Assembly (NCBI GenBank): GCA_017556515.1
Contig: JAFYOD010000150.1
Span: forward strand, 1-40,796
Reading direction: 5' to 3'
DNA length: 40,796 bases
DNA from: Lachnospiraceae bacterium
Lineage (GTDB): Bacteria > Bacillota > Clostridia > Lachnospirales > Lachnospiraceae
This document shows positions 1 through 9,866 of this stretch, in pieces. Both the position numbers and the translations under genes were made by a program. The notes beneath the pieces are model-generated. The model was not told where the DNA came from and did no database searches. It was given only the letters and a program-made list of their open reading frames with translations. The stretch's first letter is position 1; each line of letters starts with the position of its first letter.

Positions 1-1
1 C

Positions 2-1585
2 GTACAGACCAGATTCCCACCGGAGCCGAACGGCTACCTTCATATCGGACATGCAAAGTCTATTATCTTAAACTCCGGACTTGCAAAAGAGTATGGCGGT
101 AAGTTCAATCTTCGTTTCGATGATACAAACCCGACAAAAGAGAAAACAGAGTATGTTGAGTCCATCATTGCTGATGTGAAGTGGCTTGGTGCAGAGTTTG
201 ATGACAGACTGTTCTTTGCTTCTGATTACTTTGAGAAGATGTATGAGTGCGCAATTCTTCTTATTAAGAAGGGAAAAGCATTTGTATGTGATCTTACAGC
301 AGAGCAGATCAGAGAGTACCGAGGCGACTTCAACACACCGGGTAAAAACAGCCCGTACCGTGACAGAAGCGTGGAAGAGAACTTAAAGATGTTCGAGGAT
401 ATGAGAAATGGCGTTTACAAAGACGGCGAAAAAGTTCTTCGTGCGAAGATCGATATGTCCTCTCCGAATATCAACATGCGTGACCCGGTTATCTACCGTG
501 TGGCTCACATGCATCACCACAATACAGGTGACAAGTGGTGCATCTACCCGATGTATGACTTTGCTCATCCGATCGAGGATGCGATCGAGAACATTACACA
601 CTCCATTTGTACTCTTGAGTTTGAGGATCACAGACCGTTATACGACTGGGTAGTTAGAGAGTGTGAATTTGAGAACCCGCCGCGTCAGATCGAGTTCGCA
701 AAACTTTACCTGACAAACGTTGTTACAGGTAAGAGATATATCAAAAAATTAGTAGAGGACGGCATTGTAGACGGTTGGGATGATCCGCGTCTTGTTTCCA
801 TCGCTGCTTTAAGAAGAAGGGGTTACACTCCGGAAGCTCTCCGTATGTTCGTAGATCTTGTTGGTGTTTCCAAAGCAAACAGCTCCGTAGACTATGCGAT
901 GCTTGAGTACTGTATCCGTGAAGATCTTAAATTAAAGAAACCGCGTATGATGGCAGTTCTTGATCCGATCAAACTTGTGATCGACAACTATCCGGAAGGC
1001 CAGACAGAGATGTTACCGGTTCCGAACAACCTTGAGAACCCGGAGATGGGTGAGAGACTTGTTCCGTTCTCCCGCGAACTTTATATCGAGAGAGAAGACT
1101 TCATGATCGAGCCGCCGAAGAAATATTTCCGTCTCTTCCCAGGCAACGAAGTTCGTCTGATGAGTGCTTACTTCGTAACATGTACAGGTTACGAGACTGA
1201 TGAAAACGGCAACGTAACAGTGGTTCACTGTACTTACGATCCGGCAACAAAGAGTGGTCTGAACTTTACAGAGCGTAAAGTAAAAGGAACTATCCACTGG
1301 GTATCTGCTCCGACAGCTGGTGAAGTAGAGTGCCGTCTCTATGAGAATATCGTAGATGAAGAGAAGGGTAAACTGAACGAAGACGGTTCTCTGAACTTAA
1401 ATCCGAATTCCAAAACAATTGTAAAAGGTTTTGTTGAGCCGATGCTGATGGATGTAAAAGCATATGACAGCTTCCAGTTTGTAAGAAACGGATTCTACTG
1501 TGTAGACTGTAAGGACAGTGTGGAAGGTCAGCCGGTTTACAACCGTATCGTTTCCTTAAAGAGCTCTTTCAAGCTTACAAAATAA
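2..1585 (+). CDS. glnS: Glutamine--tRNA ligase (5' truncated by window edge)
   Basis: Frame 2 reads [19 protein letters not shown] (HIGH motif), continuous with ORF 176..1585; contains GlnRS motifs [33 protein letters not shown]. Confidence 0.95.
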   Translation, partial: VQTRFPPEPNGYLHIGHAKSIILNSGLAKEYGGKFNLRFDDTNPTKEKTEYVESIIADVKWLGAEFDDRLFFASDYFEKMYECAILLIKKGKAFVCDLTAEQIREYRGDFNTPGKNSPYRDRSVEENLKMFEDMRNGVYKDGEKVLRAKIDMSSPNINMRDPVIYRVAHMHHHNTGDKWCIYPMYDFAHPIEDAIENITHSICTLEFEDHRPLYDWVVRECEFENPPRQIEFAKLYLTNVVTGKRYIKKLVEDGIVDGWDDPRLVSIAALRRRGYTPEALRMFVDLVGVSKANSSVDYAMLEYCIREDLKLKKPRMMAVLDPIKLVIDNYPEGQTEMLPVPNNLENPEMGERLVPFSRELYIEREDFMIEPPKKYFRLFPGNEVRLMSAYFVTCTGYETDENGNVTVVHCTYDPATKSGLNFTERKVKGTIHWVSAPTAGEVECRLYENIVDEEKGKLNEDGSLNLNPNSKTIVKGFVEPMLMDVKAYDSFQFVRNGFYCVDCKDSVEGQPVYNRIVSLKSSFKLTK

Positions 1586-1623
1586 CGAAAAGATAAACAA
1601 ACAATTAAAATAATCTTAAATAT

Positions 1624-1667
1624 AAAGGATGTCTGCAAATGATGGTTGATTGCAGGCATCCTTTTTT
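1624..1667 (+). terminator. Intrinsic terminator after glnS
   Basis: aaaggatgtctgcaa...ttgcaggcatccttt stem followed by T-run. Confidence 0.85.
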
Positions 1668-1752
1668 GATAAAATAATAGTAGAAAATAAGATACCAACA
1701 ATCTGAGTGTTTTTGTTATGAGAGGATTGAGCACTTGAAAAGAGAGAAACAG

Positions 1753-2610
1753 ATGTGCAACGGGAAAAATGATAAAATAAAAATATCGGCAGTGCTGGCA
1801 GTGGTGGCAGCTGTGTTTTTTATTTTCGTTTTTGGTTTTGGCGGAAATGAAGATGCTCCGCCTGTAACAGTAGCGATCAAGAATACATTGACTGAAGTGA
1901 TACAAGAGGAACTTCCGGTAAGTAAAACGGAAGAAGAACTTTTATCGAATCTTTATGGGACGATGGTAAACGGGGAGTACGCGGATACTGCCAGACTTTT
2001 GAATGAGAACGAGGAAATGTTTACGGACCTGCTTTCTGAAACATTGACAGAAGATAAGTATTGTTATTGGGAGAAAACGTATGAAAACGGGATCGTGATC
2101 CGATATCTCAAGCCTCTTTCGTCTGTGGAAGTAATGGAGGGAATGGTTCTGACTCGATACAATACGGTTTTCTATGGAACTTTTTATGATGGGAAACCGG
2201 AAGGGGAGTGTCATGCGATACAGGCTATGGTCCTGGATGAACCGCGTTACACCTTTGCGGAAGGAACCTGGAAAAACGGAAAGATGAACGGAGAGGGCAG
2301 GACCGGATATCATTATTATAAAAACGTACCTGCCAAAGGATTTGTTATGACAGAGAAAGCCGGTTTGTATGTGGATAACCTGCTTGATGGTGTGTTTGTG
2401 TATCGAACGGAAAGTGTATTAGGAGAGCAGTTGTCCTGGGAGATCGAGGCAGAAAAAGGGATAACAGTTCTTGCTGAAAAATGGTCTCATTTTCCGTTGC
2501 GAAAAGAGTATATGATAGGAGCAAAAGAAGATTCAGCCCGTGCCTATGTGCTTTCAGAGGAAAAGGTCGGAGCATTACTCTGGAATAATCTGATCACTTG
2601 GGATGAATAA
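1753..2610 (+). CDS. Membrane-anchored protein with MORN-like repeats
   Basis: ORF 1735..2610 (ATG at 1753 chosen; start uncertain); N-terminal hydrophobic segment; repeats YGTFYDGKPEGEC, EGTWKNGKMNGEG, AGLYVDNLLDGVF resemble MORN consensus. Confidence 0.65.
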   Translation: MCNGKNDKIKISAVLAVVAAVFFIFVFGFGGNEDAPPVTVAIKNTLTEVIQEELPVSKTEEELLSNLYGTMVNGEYADTARLLNENEEMFTDLLSETLTEDKYCYWEKTYENGIVIRYLKPLSSVEVMEGMVLTRYNTVFYGTFYDGKPEGECHAIQAMVLDEPRYTFAEGTWKNGKMNGEGRTGYHYYKNVPAKGFVMTEKAGLYVDNLLDGVFVYRTESVLGEQLSWEIEAEKGITVLAEKWSHFPLRKEYMIGAKEDSARAYVLSEEKVGALLWNNLITWDE

Positions 2611-2661
2611 AAGAAAAGGAGCTGTGCCATCAAAAAATGGTACAGCTCTTTTATTTCTTTT
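2611..2661. terminator. Bidirectional terminator between convergent genes
   Basis: ggagctgtgccat/atggtacagctct stem flanked by A-rich and T-rich runs. Confidence 0.85.
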
Positions 2662-2669
2662 GTATAGAT

Positions 2670-3605
2670 TTAGATCTCACCAAACATTCTTGCTTCGATC
2701 AGGCGGATTCCATGGTAGAACATTTCGCAGATCGGAGTCTCAACACCCAGTTCTTTTCCGAGTCTTACAACAGTACCGGCGAACATATCTACTTCTGTAT
2801 GTTTACCGTTCTTCAGATCCTGTAATGTGGATGGCATGTTCTCATAAGGAATACGTCCAAGAGTATGGTTCTGACGGTCGATCTCTTCCTGGCCAATTTC
2901 GATGCCGAGTTTGTTTGCGATCTTGATCACTTCCCACATAGCAGCATTACGGAAGTAGTTTGCGTCATCACTCTTCTGGAATGCACCGAACGGAACACCA
3001 AACATCGCACATGTCATGTTTTCAGCAACGTTGCACATGAATTTGAACCAAATGCCTTTTAACATATCATCGTCAACTTTATTCTTGATGTTGCATGCAT
3101 CAAACAGTTCTTTACATGCAAGAACATTTTCTGAAAGGTTTGCCGGATCGTTCTTTGCATCGCCGAAACGGATTACGCCGAGTTCCGGATTGAAATCTGT
3201 TTTACCGTCTTTCATAACGATGCTGACACGCATGTAGGAATAGAGCATATGTTCCCAGCCATATACAGCAGCAACCTGCTTTTCGCTTTCAACACCATTT
3301 AATACGGAAAGGATGATAGTATCCGGTCCAACCTGGTTTTTGATATCTTCAATGGCCTGCGGAAGATCATAACCTTTTACTGCGATGATCACAAGATCAG
3401 CCGGGTCACCTTCTACATCCGGAGTGATGATCGGGAAACGATAGTTGATGCCGTTTACTGTAACGCCTTTCTGCTCAAGACGTTCTTTTCTGGCACCACT
3501 TGCTAAGATACGGAAGTTTGCGCCAAGCTTTTCAGAGATTCTCGGAGCGAAGAAAACACCCATGGCACCAAGGCCGATGAGGGTAACTTTTTCGATTTTT
3601 TTCAT
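2670..3605 (-). CDS. Ketopantoate reductase (PanE/ApbA) family 2-oxoacid reductase
   Basis: GLGAMG Rossmann motif, IIAVKGYDL, LNG, WFKF..N, PSTLQD..GK.TEVD; RBS aaggagaa. Confidence 0.9.
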   Translation of the reverse strand: MKKIEKVTLIGLGAMGVFFAPRISEKLGANFRILASGARKERLEQKGVTVNGINYRFPIITPDVEGDPADLVIIAVKGYDLPQAIEDIKNQVGPDTIILSVLNGVESEKQVAAVYGWEHMLYSYMRVSIVMKDGKTDFNPELGVIRFGDAKNDPANLSENVLACKELFDACNIKNKVDDDMLKGIWFKFMCNVAENMTCAMFGVPFGAFQKSDDANYFRNAAMWEVIKIANKLGIEIGQEEIDRQNHTLGRIPYENMPSTLQDLKNGKHTEVDMFAGTVVRLGKELGVETPICEMFYHGIRLIEARMFGEI

Positions 3606-3640
3606 TGATTTTCTCCTTTCGGGATAACGAATTACCTTTT

Positions 3641-3669
3641 ATTTTATTATAAGAATAAACGGGTGTCAA
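3641..3669 (-). promoter_or_regulatory. SigA promoter of PanE-like gene
   Basis: Minus strand TTGACA (3669-3664), 17 nt, TAAAAT (3646-3641). Confidence 0.7.
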
Positions 3670-3759
3670 TGCATTGTGAAAAAGAAAACAGGGGGCTGGA
3701 GGGGAAGAAGAATAGGAGAAATTGTATTGGAAAAAGGACGTTCTTTTTCTGTCGCTTTG

Positions 3760-3788
3760 TTGACTTTTAATGTGAAAACTGCTATACT
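3760..3788 (+). promoter_or_regulatory. SigA promoter of gcd/gct operon
   Basis: TTGACT, 17 nt, TATACT with extended -10 TG. Confidence 0.8.
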
Positions 3789-3817
3789 GATGCTAAGATA
3801 TTGTGGGAATTTCATAA

Positions 3818-3868
3818 ATGAAGGCTAGATGTGGGTGTTTTTTGATCAGGCACCCTTATGCGCTGAGA
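3818..3868 (+). ncRNA. Candidate Na+ riboswitch (DUF1646/Na+-I-like) in gcdD 5' UTR
   Basis: AAGGCTA...GGGTGTTT/AGGCACCC hairpin...TATGCGCTG in a ~160-nt leader before an OadG-family gene; resemblance to the motif is from memory only. Confidence 0.4.
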
Positions 3869-3956
3869 AAAATATGGAATGCATTCCACGATACGGAATT
3901 TCACATTTACTTATGTTTCAAGTATGAAACGAATATGAAGGAGGTGCGGTGAGTTT

Positions 3957-4247
3957 ATGTGGACTGGTCAGGCAATGACCTTTATGGACTCTGTGGTTAT
4001 TTCTCTTTTAGGAATCCTGGTTGTATTTACATGTTTAGCATGTATTGCGGTTTCCATCGTAATCATTTCTAAAGTGATCAATGCAATCATCAAACCAGAG
4101 GCTCCGAAGGCAGCAGTTGCAGCCGCAGCGGCTCCGGCTCCGGCAATCGATGAAGAAGCTTATGCAGTACTGGTAGCAGCAGTTACTGAAGAAGCAAGAT
4201 TGTCTGGTGACGGCGACGTTCGCGTTGTAAGCATCAAGGAACTGTAA
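3957..4247 (+). CDS. gcdD: Glutaconyl-CoA decarboxylase delta subunit (OadG family)
   Basis: N-terminal TM helix, Ala/Pro linker, C-terminal AVLVAAV segment; first gene of the cluster; RBS aaggagg. Confidence 0.85.
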   Translation: MWTGQAMTFMDSVVISLLGILVVFTCLACIAVSIVIISKVINAIIKPEAPKAAVAAAAAPAPAIDEEAYAVLVAAVTEEARLSGDGDVRVVSIKEL

Positions 4248-4305
4248 AGGTAGCTCATTAAAACAAACCAATTAACGAAAAAAGAAAAGAAAGGATGTAT
4301 TTGAT

Positions 4306-4749
4306 ATGAAATACGTAGCAACATTAAATGGTAAAAAATATGAAATCGAAATCGAGAGAGTAGACGGTCGTATGCCGCTTGACAGAGGCGCTGCAGCAGT
4401 TGCAACAGCTCCGATCATCGCAGCAGCTCCGGCTCCGGTAGCAGCAGCTCCGGCACCAGTAGCAGCTCCGGCACCGGCTCCGGCTCCGGTAGCAGCACCG
4501 GCTCCGGCAGCAGCTCCGGCTCCGGCAGCAGCAGGCGCTACAACAGTAGAAGCTCCGATGCCGGGTAAAGTTCTTGACATCAAAGTTAAAGTTGGCGATA
4601 CAGTAGCTTTTGGTCAGTGTGTAGTTGTTATGGAAGCTATGAAGATGGAGACAGAGATCGTAGCTCCGGGCGCTGGTACAGTAGCATCCATCAGCGTTAG
4701 CAACGGTGATTCCGTAGATACAGGTGCAGTACTGGTTACATTAAACTAG
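4306..4749 (+). CDS. gcdC: Glutaconyl-CoA decarboxylase gamma subunit (biotin carrier)
   Basis: EAMKM biotinylation motif, APMPGKV, long Ala-Pro linker. Confidence 0.93.
   Translation: MKYVATLNGKKYEIEIERVDGRMPLDRGAAAVATAPIIAAAPAPVAAAPAPVAAPAPAPAPVAAPAPAAAPAPAAAGATTVEAPMPGKVLDIKVKVGDTVAFGQCVVVMEAMKMETEIVAPGAGTVASISVSNGDSVDTGAVLVTLN
4390..4540 (+). repeat. Low-complexity Ala-Pro linker coding repeat
   Basis: Tandem gctccg/gcagca units encoding AAAPAP repeats within gcdC. Confidence 0.85.
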
Positions 4750-4762
4750 TAGGAGGTGCCCC

Positions 4763-5902
4763 GTGAACGTATTCTCAGTATTTGGTGAGTTACTGGCGCA
4801 GTCCGGTTTTGCCGCTATTACCTGGCAGCAGGCAGTAATGATCCTGATTTCCTTCGTATTATTATACATGGCAATCGTAAAGCAGTTCGAACCGCTCCTC
4901 CTGCTTCCGATCGCTTTTGGTATGTTCCTTGCTAACCTTCCGTTAGCAGGCCTTATGAATGAGGCTGAGAACTGGTATCAGTCCGGTGTTCTCAGAATCA
5001 TGTACAGCGGCGTTAAGTCCAGCTTATTCCCGTGTCTGATCTTCATGGGCGTAGGTGCAATGACAGACTTCGGTCCGCTTATTGCGAACCCGATCTCCTT
5101 ACTTCTTGGTGCAGCAGCTCAGTTCGGTATTTTCGTAGCATTCATGCTCGCAAATGCAACTGGCCTCTTCACACCGGGTGAGTGTGCAGCGATCGGTATC
5201 ATCGGTGGTGCTGACGGCCCGACAGCGATCTATATCGCTAACAACCTGGCTCCGGAACTCGTAGCTCCGATCGCGGTAGCAGCGTACTCCTACATGGCGC
5301 TGATCCCGCTTGTACAGCCGCCGATCATGAAAGCTCTCACAACAGAGAAAGAGCGTAAGATCGTTATGAAACAGCTTCGTAAGGTAAGCAAAGTAGAGAA
5401 AGTTGTATTCCCGGTATTCGTAGTACTCTTCTGTGCTTTACTTCTTCCGTCCGTAGCTCCGCTTCTCGGTATGCTTATGCTTGGTAACCTCTTCCGTGAG
5501 TCCGGCGTTACAGGCAGACTTTCTGACACAGCTCAGAACGCTCTTTGTAACATCGTTACAATCATGTTAGGTACAACAGTAGGTGCTACTGCAAACGGCG
5601 AGATCTTCCTTCGTGTGCAGACACTTGCTATCATTGCAATGGGTCTTCTTGCTTTCGCATTCGCGACAGTAGGCGGTATCCTTCTTGGTAAAGTTCTTTG
5701 CGCTCTTACAGGCGGAAAGATCAACCCGCTTATCGGTTCTGCCGGTGTATCCGCTGTTCCGATGGCAGCTCGTGTATCTCAGACAGTTGGTGCGAAAGAA
5801 AACCCGACTAACTTCCTTCTGATGCACGCTATGGGTCCGAACGTAGCTGGTGTAATCGGTTCTGCAGTTGCAGCTGGTTTCTTCATGCTCATGTTCAAGT
5901 AA
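4763..5902 (+). CDS. gcdB: Na+-translocating decarboxylase beta subunit
   Basis: [46 protein letters not shown] motifs; multi-TM; GTG start with aggagg RBS. Confidence 0.95.
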   Translation: MNVFSVFGELLAQSGFAAITWQQAVMILISFVLLYMAIVKQFEPLLLLPIAFGMFLANLPLAGLMNEAENWYQSGVLRIMYSGVKSSLFPCLIFMGVGAMTDFGPLIANPISLLLGAAAQFGIFVAFMLANATGLFTPGECAAIGIIGGADGPTAIYIANNLAPELVAPIAVAAYSYMALIPLVQPPIMKALTTEKERKIVMKQLRKVSKVEKVVFPVFVVLFCALLLPSVAPLLGMLMLGNLFRESGVTGRLSDTAQNALCNIVTIMLGTTVGATANGEIFLRVQTLAIIAMGLLAFAFATVGGILLGKVLCALTGGKINPLIGSAGVSAVPMAARVSQTVGAKENPTNFLLMHAMGPNVAGVIGSAVAAGFFMLMFK

Positions 5903-5974
5903 TTTGTTCTAAAATTCGCAGCCGCTCACCAATCGGCGGGCGGTTGCAAAATATAATTTTAAGGAGGCTTTATT

Positions 5975-6937
5975 GTGGCTAATAAAGTAATGACATTACA
6001 TGATGCGGTTGCTAAATTTGTCGAAGATGGCGATTCCATTTCCTTCGGTGGCTTTACAACCAACAAAAAACCGATGGCAGCCGTATACGAGGTTCTTCGT
6101 CAGGGCAAAAAAGACTTCATCGCATACGCTGGTCCGGCTGGTTCTGACTGGGATATGATGATCGGTGAAGATCGTGTTAAAGCTTACATCAACTGCTATA
6201 CAGCTGACTCTGGTGTAACAAACGTTTCCCGTCGTTTCCGTAAAAAAATCGAAGCTGGCGAGTTAATTTACGAGGATTACTCCCAGGACGCTATCATGTA
6301 CATGTTACATGCATCCTCTATGGGTCTTCCGTTCCTTCCGGTACGTTTCATGATCGGTTCCGGTCTTGTAGACGAGTGGGGAATCAGCAAAGAAGTTCGT
6401 GAAGGCATCGAGAAACTTCCGAACGACAAATTTGTTTACATGGAGAACCCGTTTGCTCCGGGCGAGATGACAGTATGTCTTCCGGTTCCGAAGCTTGACA
6501 CAGCTATCATCCACGTACAGAAAGCATCCCCGGACGGAACATGTGTCCTTATGGGTGATGAGTTCCACGATATCGATATCGTAGTAGCAGCTAAGAAAGT
6601 TATCGTTACATGTGAAGAACTTGTAAGCAACGAAGTAATCCGTCGTGATCCGCAGGCTACAAAGATCCCGTGTTTCGCAGTTGATGCAGTATGTTGCGTA
6701 CCGTACGGTGCATTCCCGACACAGTGCTACAACTACTATGACTATGACAACGCTTACTTAAAAGCTTATGGTAATGCTTCTAAGACAGAAGAAGACTTCA
6801 AAGCATTCTTAAACGAGTACGTTTACGGTTGCAAAGACCATGCAGAGTTCCTTGAGAAGATCGGTATCAACCGTCTCCTTAAGTTAAAAGTATCTGATGG
6901 CTACGGCTATGCAACAGATGTAAGCAAGGAGGATTAA
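5975..6937 (+). CDS. gctA: Glutaconate CoA-transferase subunit A
   Basis: Family I CoA-transferase alpha-subunit motifs (SFGGFTTNKKP, AIIHVQKASPDG); operon context. Confidence 0.93.
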   Translation: MANKVMTLHDAVAKFVEDGDSISFGGFTTNKKPMAAVYEVLRQGKKDFIAYAGPAGSDWDMMIGEDRVKAYINCYTADSGVTNVSRRFRKKIEAGELIYEDYSQDAIMYMLHASSMGLPFLPVRFMIGSGLVDEWGISKEVREGIEKLPNDKFVYMENPFAPGEMTVCLPVPKLDTAIIHVQKASPDGTCVLMGDEFHDIDIVVAAKKVIVTCEELVSNEVIRRDPQATKIPCFAVDAVCCVPYGAFPTQCYNYYDYDNAYLKAYGNASKTEEDFKAFLNEYVYGCKDHAEFLEKIGINRLLKLKVSDGYGYATDVSKED

Positions 6938-6939
6938 TC

Positions 6940-7740
6940 ATGGCTGACTACACAAAGTATACTAATAAAGAGATGCAGGCGATCACACTCGCACAGTGCA
7001 TCACAAACGATAACATCGCTATCGTAGGTACAGGTCTTCCGCTTATCGGCGCATCTGTAGCTAAAAGATTATTCGCACCGAAATGTAACCTTATCGTTGA
7101 GTCCGGTCTTATGGACTGTGACCCGATCGAGGTTCCGCGTTCCGTAGGTGACCTTCGTTTCATGGCTCACTGCGGTTGCCAGTGGCCGAACATCCGTTTC
7201 ATCGGTTTCGAGACAAACGACTGGATCCACAACAATGAACGTATCGTAGCTTTCATCGGCGGCGCTCAGATCGACCCGTACGGTAACGTAAACTCCACAT
7301 GTATCGGTGACTACCACAACCCGAAGACACGTTTCACAGGTTCCGGTGGTGCGAACGCGATCGCTACATTCAACAACACAATCATCATGATCCAGCATGA
7401 GAAACGTCGTTTCATCAACAAGATCGACTACGTTACATCCCCGGGTTGGATCGATGGACCGGGCGGACGTGAGAAGAAAGGTCTTCCGGGCAACCGTGGA
7501 CCGATCGCAGTAGTTACAGACCTTGGTCTCATGAAATTCGATGAAGAGACAAAGAGAATGTACCTTGCTGGTTACTACAAAGGTGTTACACCGGAGATGG
7601 TTCAGGAGAACACAGGTTTCGATATCGATGTATCCAGAGCTGTTGAATTACCGACTCCGGATCCGGAAGTTATCCGCATGATCCGTGAGGAGATCGATCC
7701 GGGTGAAGCATTCATCCAGGTTCCGGCTGAGTTAAAGTAA
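6940..7740 (+). CDS. gctB: Glutaconate CoA-transferase subunit B
   Basis: VGTGLP, catalytic Glu at position 54 (LIVESG), GGAQIDPYGNVN, GSGGAN. Confidence 0.95.
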   Translation: MADYTKYTNKEMQAITLAQCITNDNIAIVGTGLPLIGASVAKRLFAPKCNLIVESGLMDCDPIEVPRSVGDLRFMAHCGCQWPNIRFIGFETNDWIHNNERIVAFIGGAQIDPYGNVNSTCIGDYHNPKTRFTGSGGANAIATFNNTIIMIQHEKRRFINKIDYVTSPGWIDGPGGREKKGLPGNRGPIAVVTDLGLMKFDEETKRMYLAGYYKGVTPEMVQENTGFDIDVSRAVELPTPDPEVIRMIREEIDPGEAFIQVPAELK

Positions 7741-7855
7741 TTTTCTTTTCACAGCGAATTTAGTTACATATTAAAATATGTCCTGCAAAGTCCGGTATCT
7801 GTATGATATGGATACCGGACCAGCAGGTGAATGTAAGATTTAGGAGGAAAACACA

Positions 7856-9625
7856 ATGGGATTCTATTCCATGCCGAAATATTTCCAGGAAATGCCGACA
7901 ATCGGTAAACCGTTAGTAGCTCCGAAGCAGGAGAACGCTGACGCTCTTAAAGAGATCGAGAAAGATATCCACGCTAAGATCGAAGAGATCCTTGCAAAAG
8001 GTATCACAACAGAAGAGAAATTAAACGAGAAGGGCCAGTTATCTGCTATGCAGAGAATCAACGCTCTTATCGATGCTGGCACATGGTGCCCGTTAAACAG
8101 CCTTTTCAACCCGGAAGATAACAAGATGGGTTCCGCAAACATCATCAACGGTCTTGGCCGTGTAAATGGTAAATGGGTTTACATCGTAGCTTCCGATAAC
8201 AAGAAGATGGCTGGTACATGGGAGCCGGGTCAGGCTGAGAACCTTATCCGTTGTTCTGACGCTGCTAAGATGATGAACATCCCGCTTGTTTACTTACTTA
8301 ACTGTGCAGGCGTTGACTTCCCGTATCAGGATAAAGTTTACCCGAACAGACGTGGCGGCGGTACACCGTTCTTCCGTAATGCTGAGCTCAACCAGTTAGG
8401 TATCCCGGTAATCGTTGGTATCTACGGTACAAACCCGGCAGGTGGCGGATACCACTCCATCTCCCCGACAATCCTTATCGCTCACAGCCAGGCTAACATG
8501 GCAGTAGGCGGCGCTGGTATCCTTTCCGGTATGAATCCGAAGGGTTACATCGATCAGGAGTCTGCAGAGCAGATCGTTGCAGCTCAGATCGAGAACAGCA
8601 AAAACAAAGTTCCGGCTCCGGGTTCCGTTCCGGTTCACTATGATGAGACAGGTTTCTTCCGTGAGGTTTACGCAGATGATTACGGCGTAATCGACGGTAT
8701 CAAGAAATACATCAGCTACCTTCCGGCTTACAACTTAGAGTTCTTCCGTGTTGACGAGCAGAAAGCTCCGTTATACCCGGCAGAGGACCTCTACAGCATC
8801 ATCCCGCTTAACGGCAAACAGCCGTACGACGTATACGAAGTAATCGCTCGTCTTGTTGACGGTTCTCAGTTATACGAGTACAAGAAAGGCTACGGTCCGG
8901 AGATGGTAACAGGTCTCGCTAAGATCAACGGTCTCCTTGTTGGTGTTATCGCTAACGTACAGGGTATCCTGTTCAACTATCCGGAGTACAAGAACTCCCC
9001 GGCTACAACAGGTGGTAAATTATACCGTCAGGGTCTTATCAAGATGAACGAGTTCGTTACACTTTGCGGTCGTGACAGAATTCCGCTTATCTGGTTACAG
9101 GATACAACAGGTATCGACGTAGGCGATGACGCTGAGAAGGCTGAGTTACTTGGCTTAGGTCAGTCCCTCATCTACTCCATCGAGGCAAACGGCCTTCCGT
9201 CCTTACAGGTTACACTTCGTAAAGCTTCTGCAGCTGCTCACTACGTTCTTGGTGGTCCGCAGGGTAACAACACAAACGCTTACTCCATCGGTACAGCAGC
9301 TTGTGAGTACTATGTAATGCCGGGTGAGACAGCAGCTAACGCTATGTACTCCAGAAAGCTTGTTAAAGCTTCCAAGGCAGGCGAGGATATGACTCCGATC
9401 ATCGATCAGATGAACAAGATGATCCAGCTTTACACAGATAAGTCCAGACCGGCTTACTGTGCTAAGATGGGTATGGTAGACGAGATCGTTGATATGACAG
9501 AGCTTCGTCCGTACCTTCAGGCATTCACAGAGGCAGTTTACCAGAATCCGAAGAGCATCTGCCCGATGCACCAGATGGTAACACCGCGTGCTTGCCGTGA
9601 GTTCATCACATACGAGAAGAAATAA
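7856..9625 (+). CDS. gcdA: Glutaconyl-CoA decarboxylase alpha (carboxyltransferase) subunit
   Basis: MGFYSMPKYFQ N-terminus, GTNPAGGGYH, WLQDTTGIDVG; 589 aa. Confidence 0.95.
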   Translation: MGFYSMPKYFQEMPTIGKPLVAPKQENADALKEIEKDIHAKIEEILAKGITTEEKLNEKGQLSAMQRINALIDAGTWCPLNSLFNPEDNKMGSANIINGLGRVNGKWVYIVASDNKKMAGTWEPGQAENLIRCSDAAKMMNIPLVYLLNCAGVDFPYQDKVYPNRRGGGTPFFRNAELNQLGIPVIVGIYGTNPAGGGYHSISPTILIAHSQANMAVGGAGILSGMNPKGYIDQESAEQIVAAQIENSKNKVPAPGSVPVHYDETGFFREVYADDYGVIDGIKKYISYLPAYNLEFFRVDEQKAPLYPAEDLYSIIPLNGKQPYDVYEVIARLVDGSQLYEYKKGYGPEMVTGLAKINGLLVGVIANVQGILFNYPEYKNSPATTGGKLYRQGLIKMNEFVTLCGRDRIPLIWLQDTTGIDVGDDAEKAELLGLGQSLIYSIEANGLPSLQVTLRKASAAAHYVLGGPQGNNTNAYSIGTAACEYYVMPGETAANAMYSRKLVKASKAGEDMTPIIDQMNKMIQLYTDKSRPAYCAKMGMVDEIVDMTELRPYLQAFTEAVYQNPKSICPMHQMVTPRACREFITYEKK

Positions 9626-9658
9626 TTAACCAATCGTTAATATACTTCTAACTATAAG

Positions 9659-9698
9659 TCCAGGCCGGAGAGTGATCTCCGGTCTGGATATTGTTTTA
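9659..9698 (+). terminator. Terminator after gcdA
   Basis: tccaggccggaga-gtga-tctccggtctgga then tattgtttt. Confidence 0.75.
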
Positions 9699-9765
9699 TT
9701 TAGATAAATTAATAAAAAAATTATGGGGAAATCAGAATATCTTCATTTTGTATGTTTCTTAGAAC

Positions 9766-9795
9766 TTGCGGTAATGTGCTGATGTGTGTTATAAT
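9766..9795 (+). promoter_or_regulatory. SigA promoter of hgdCAB
   Basis: TTGCGG, 18 nt, TATAAT with TGTG extended -10. Confidence 0.7.
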
Positions 9796-9866
9796 AAAGC
9801 AGTATGGAAAAGTATATCCATATAGGTTATGGAAAGATACAAAATAGGAAGAACCCGGAGGACTTT

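Noticed and set aside
2-1585. glnS as an unusual gene for a Gram-positive
   Set aside because: GlnRS is common in Clostridia; codon usage looks native
3801-3817. Rex operator-like TTGTG...CATAA
   Set aside because: Spacer is 7 nt rather than 8 and the arms are imperfect
4390-4540. Short tandem repeats resembling a VNTR or CRISPR-like array
   Set aside because: In-frame Ala-Pro linker of the biotin carrier; no spacers or cas genes
9804-9866. N-terminal extension of HgdC in the ORF track (similar extensions at 13403, 25990, 34331 and 39210)
   Set aside because: Overlaps promoter, terminator or upstream gene; downstream starts have good RBS
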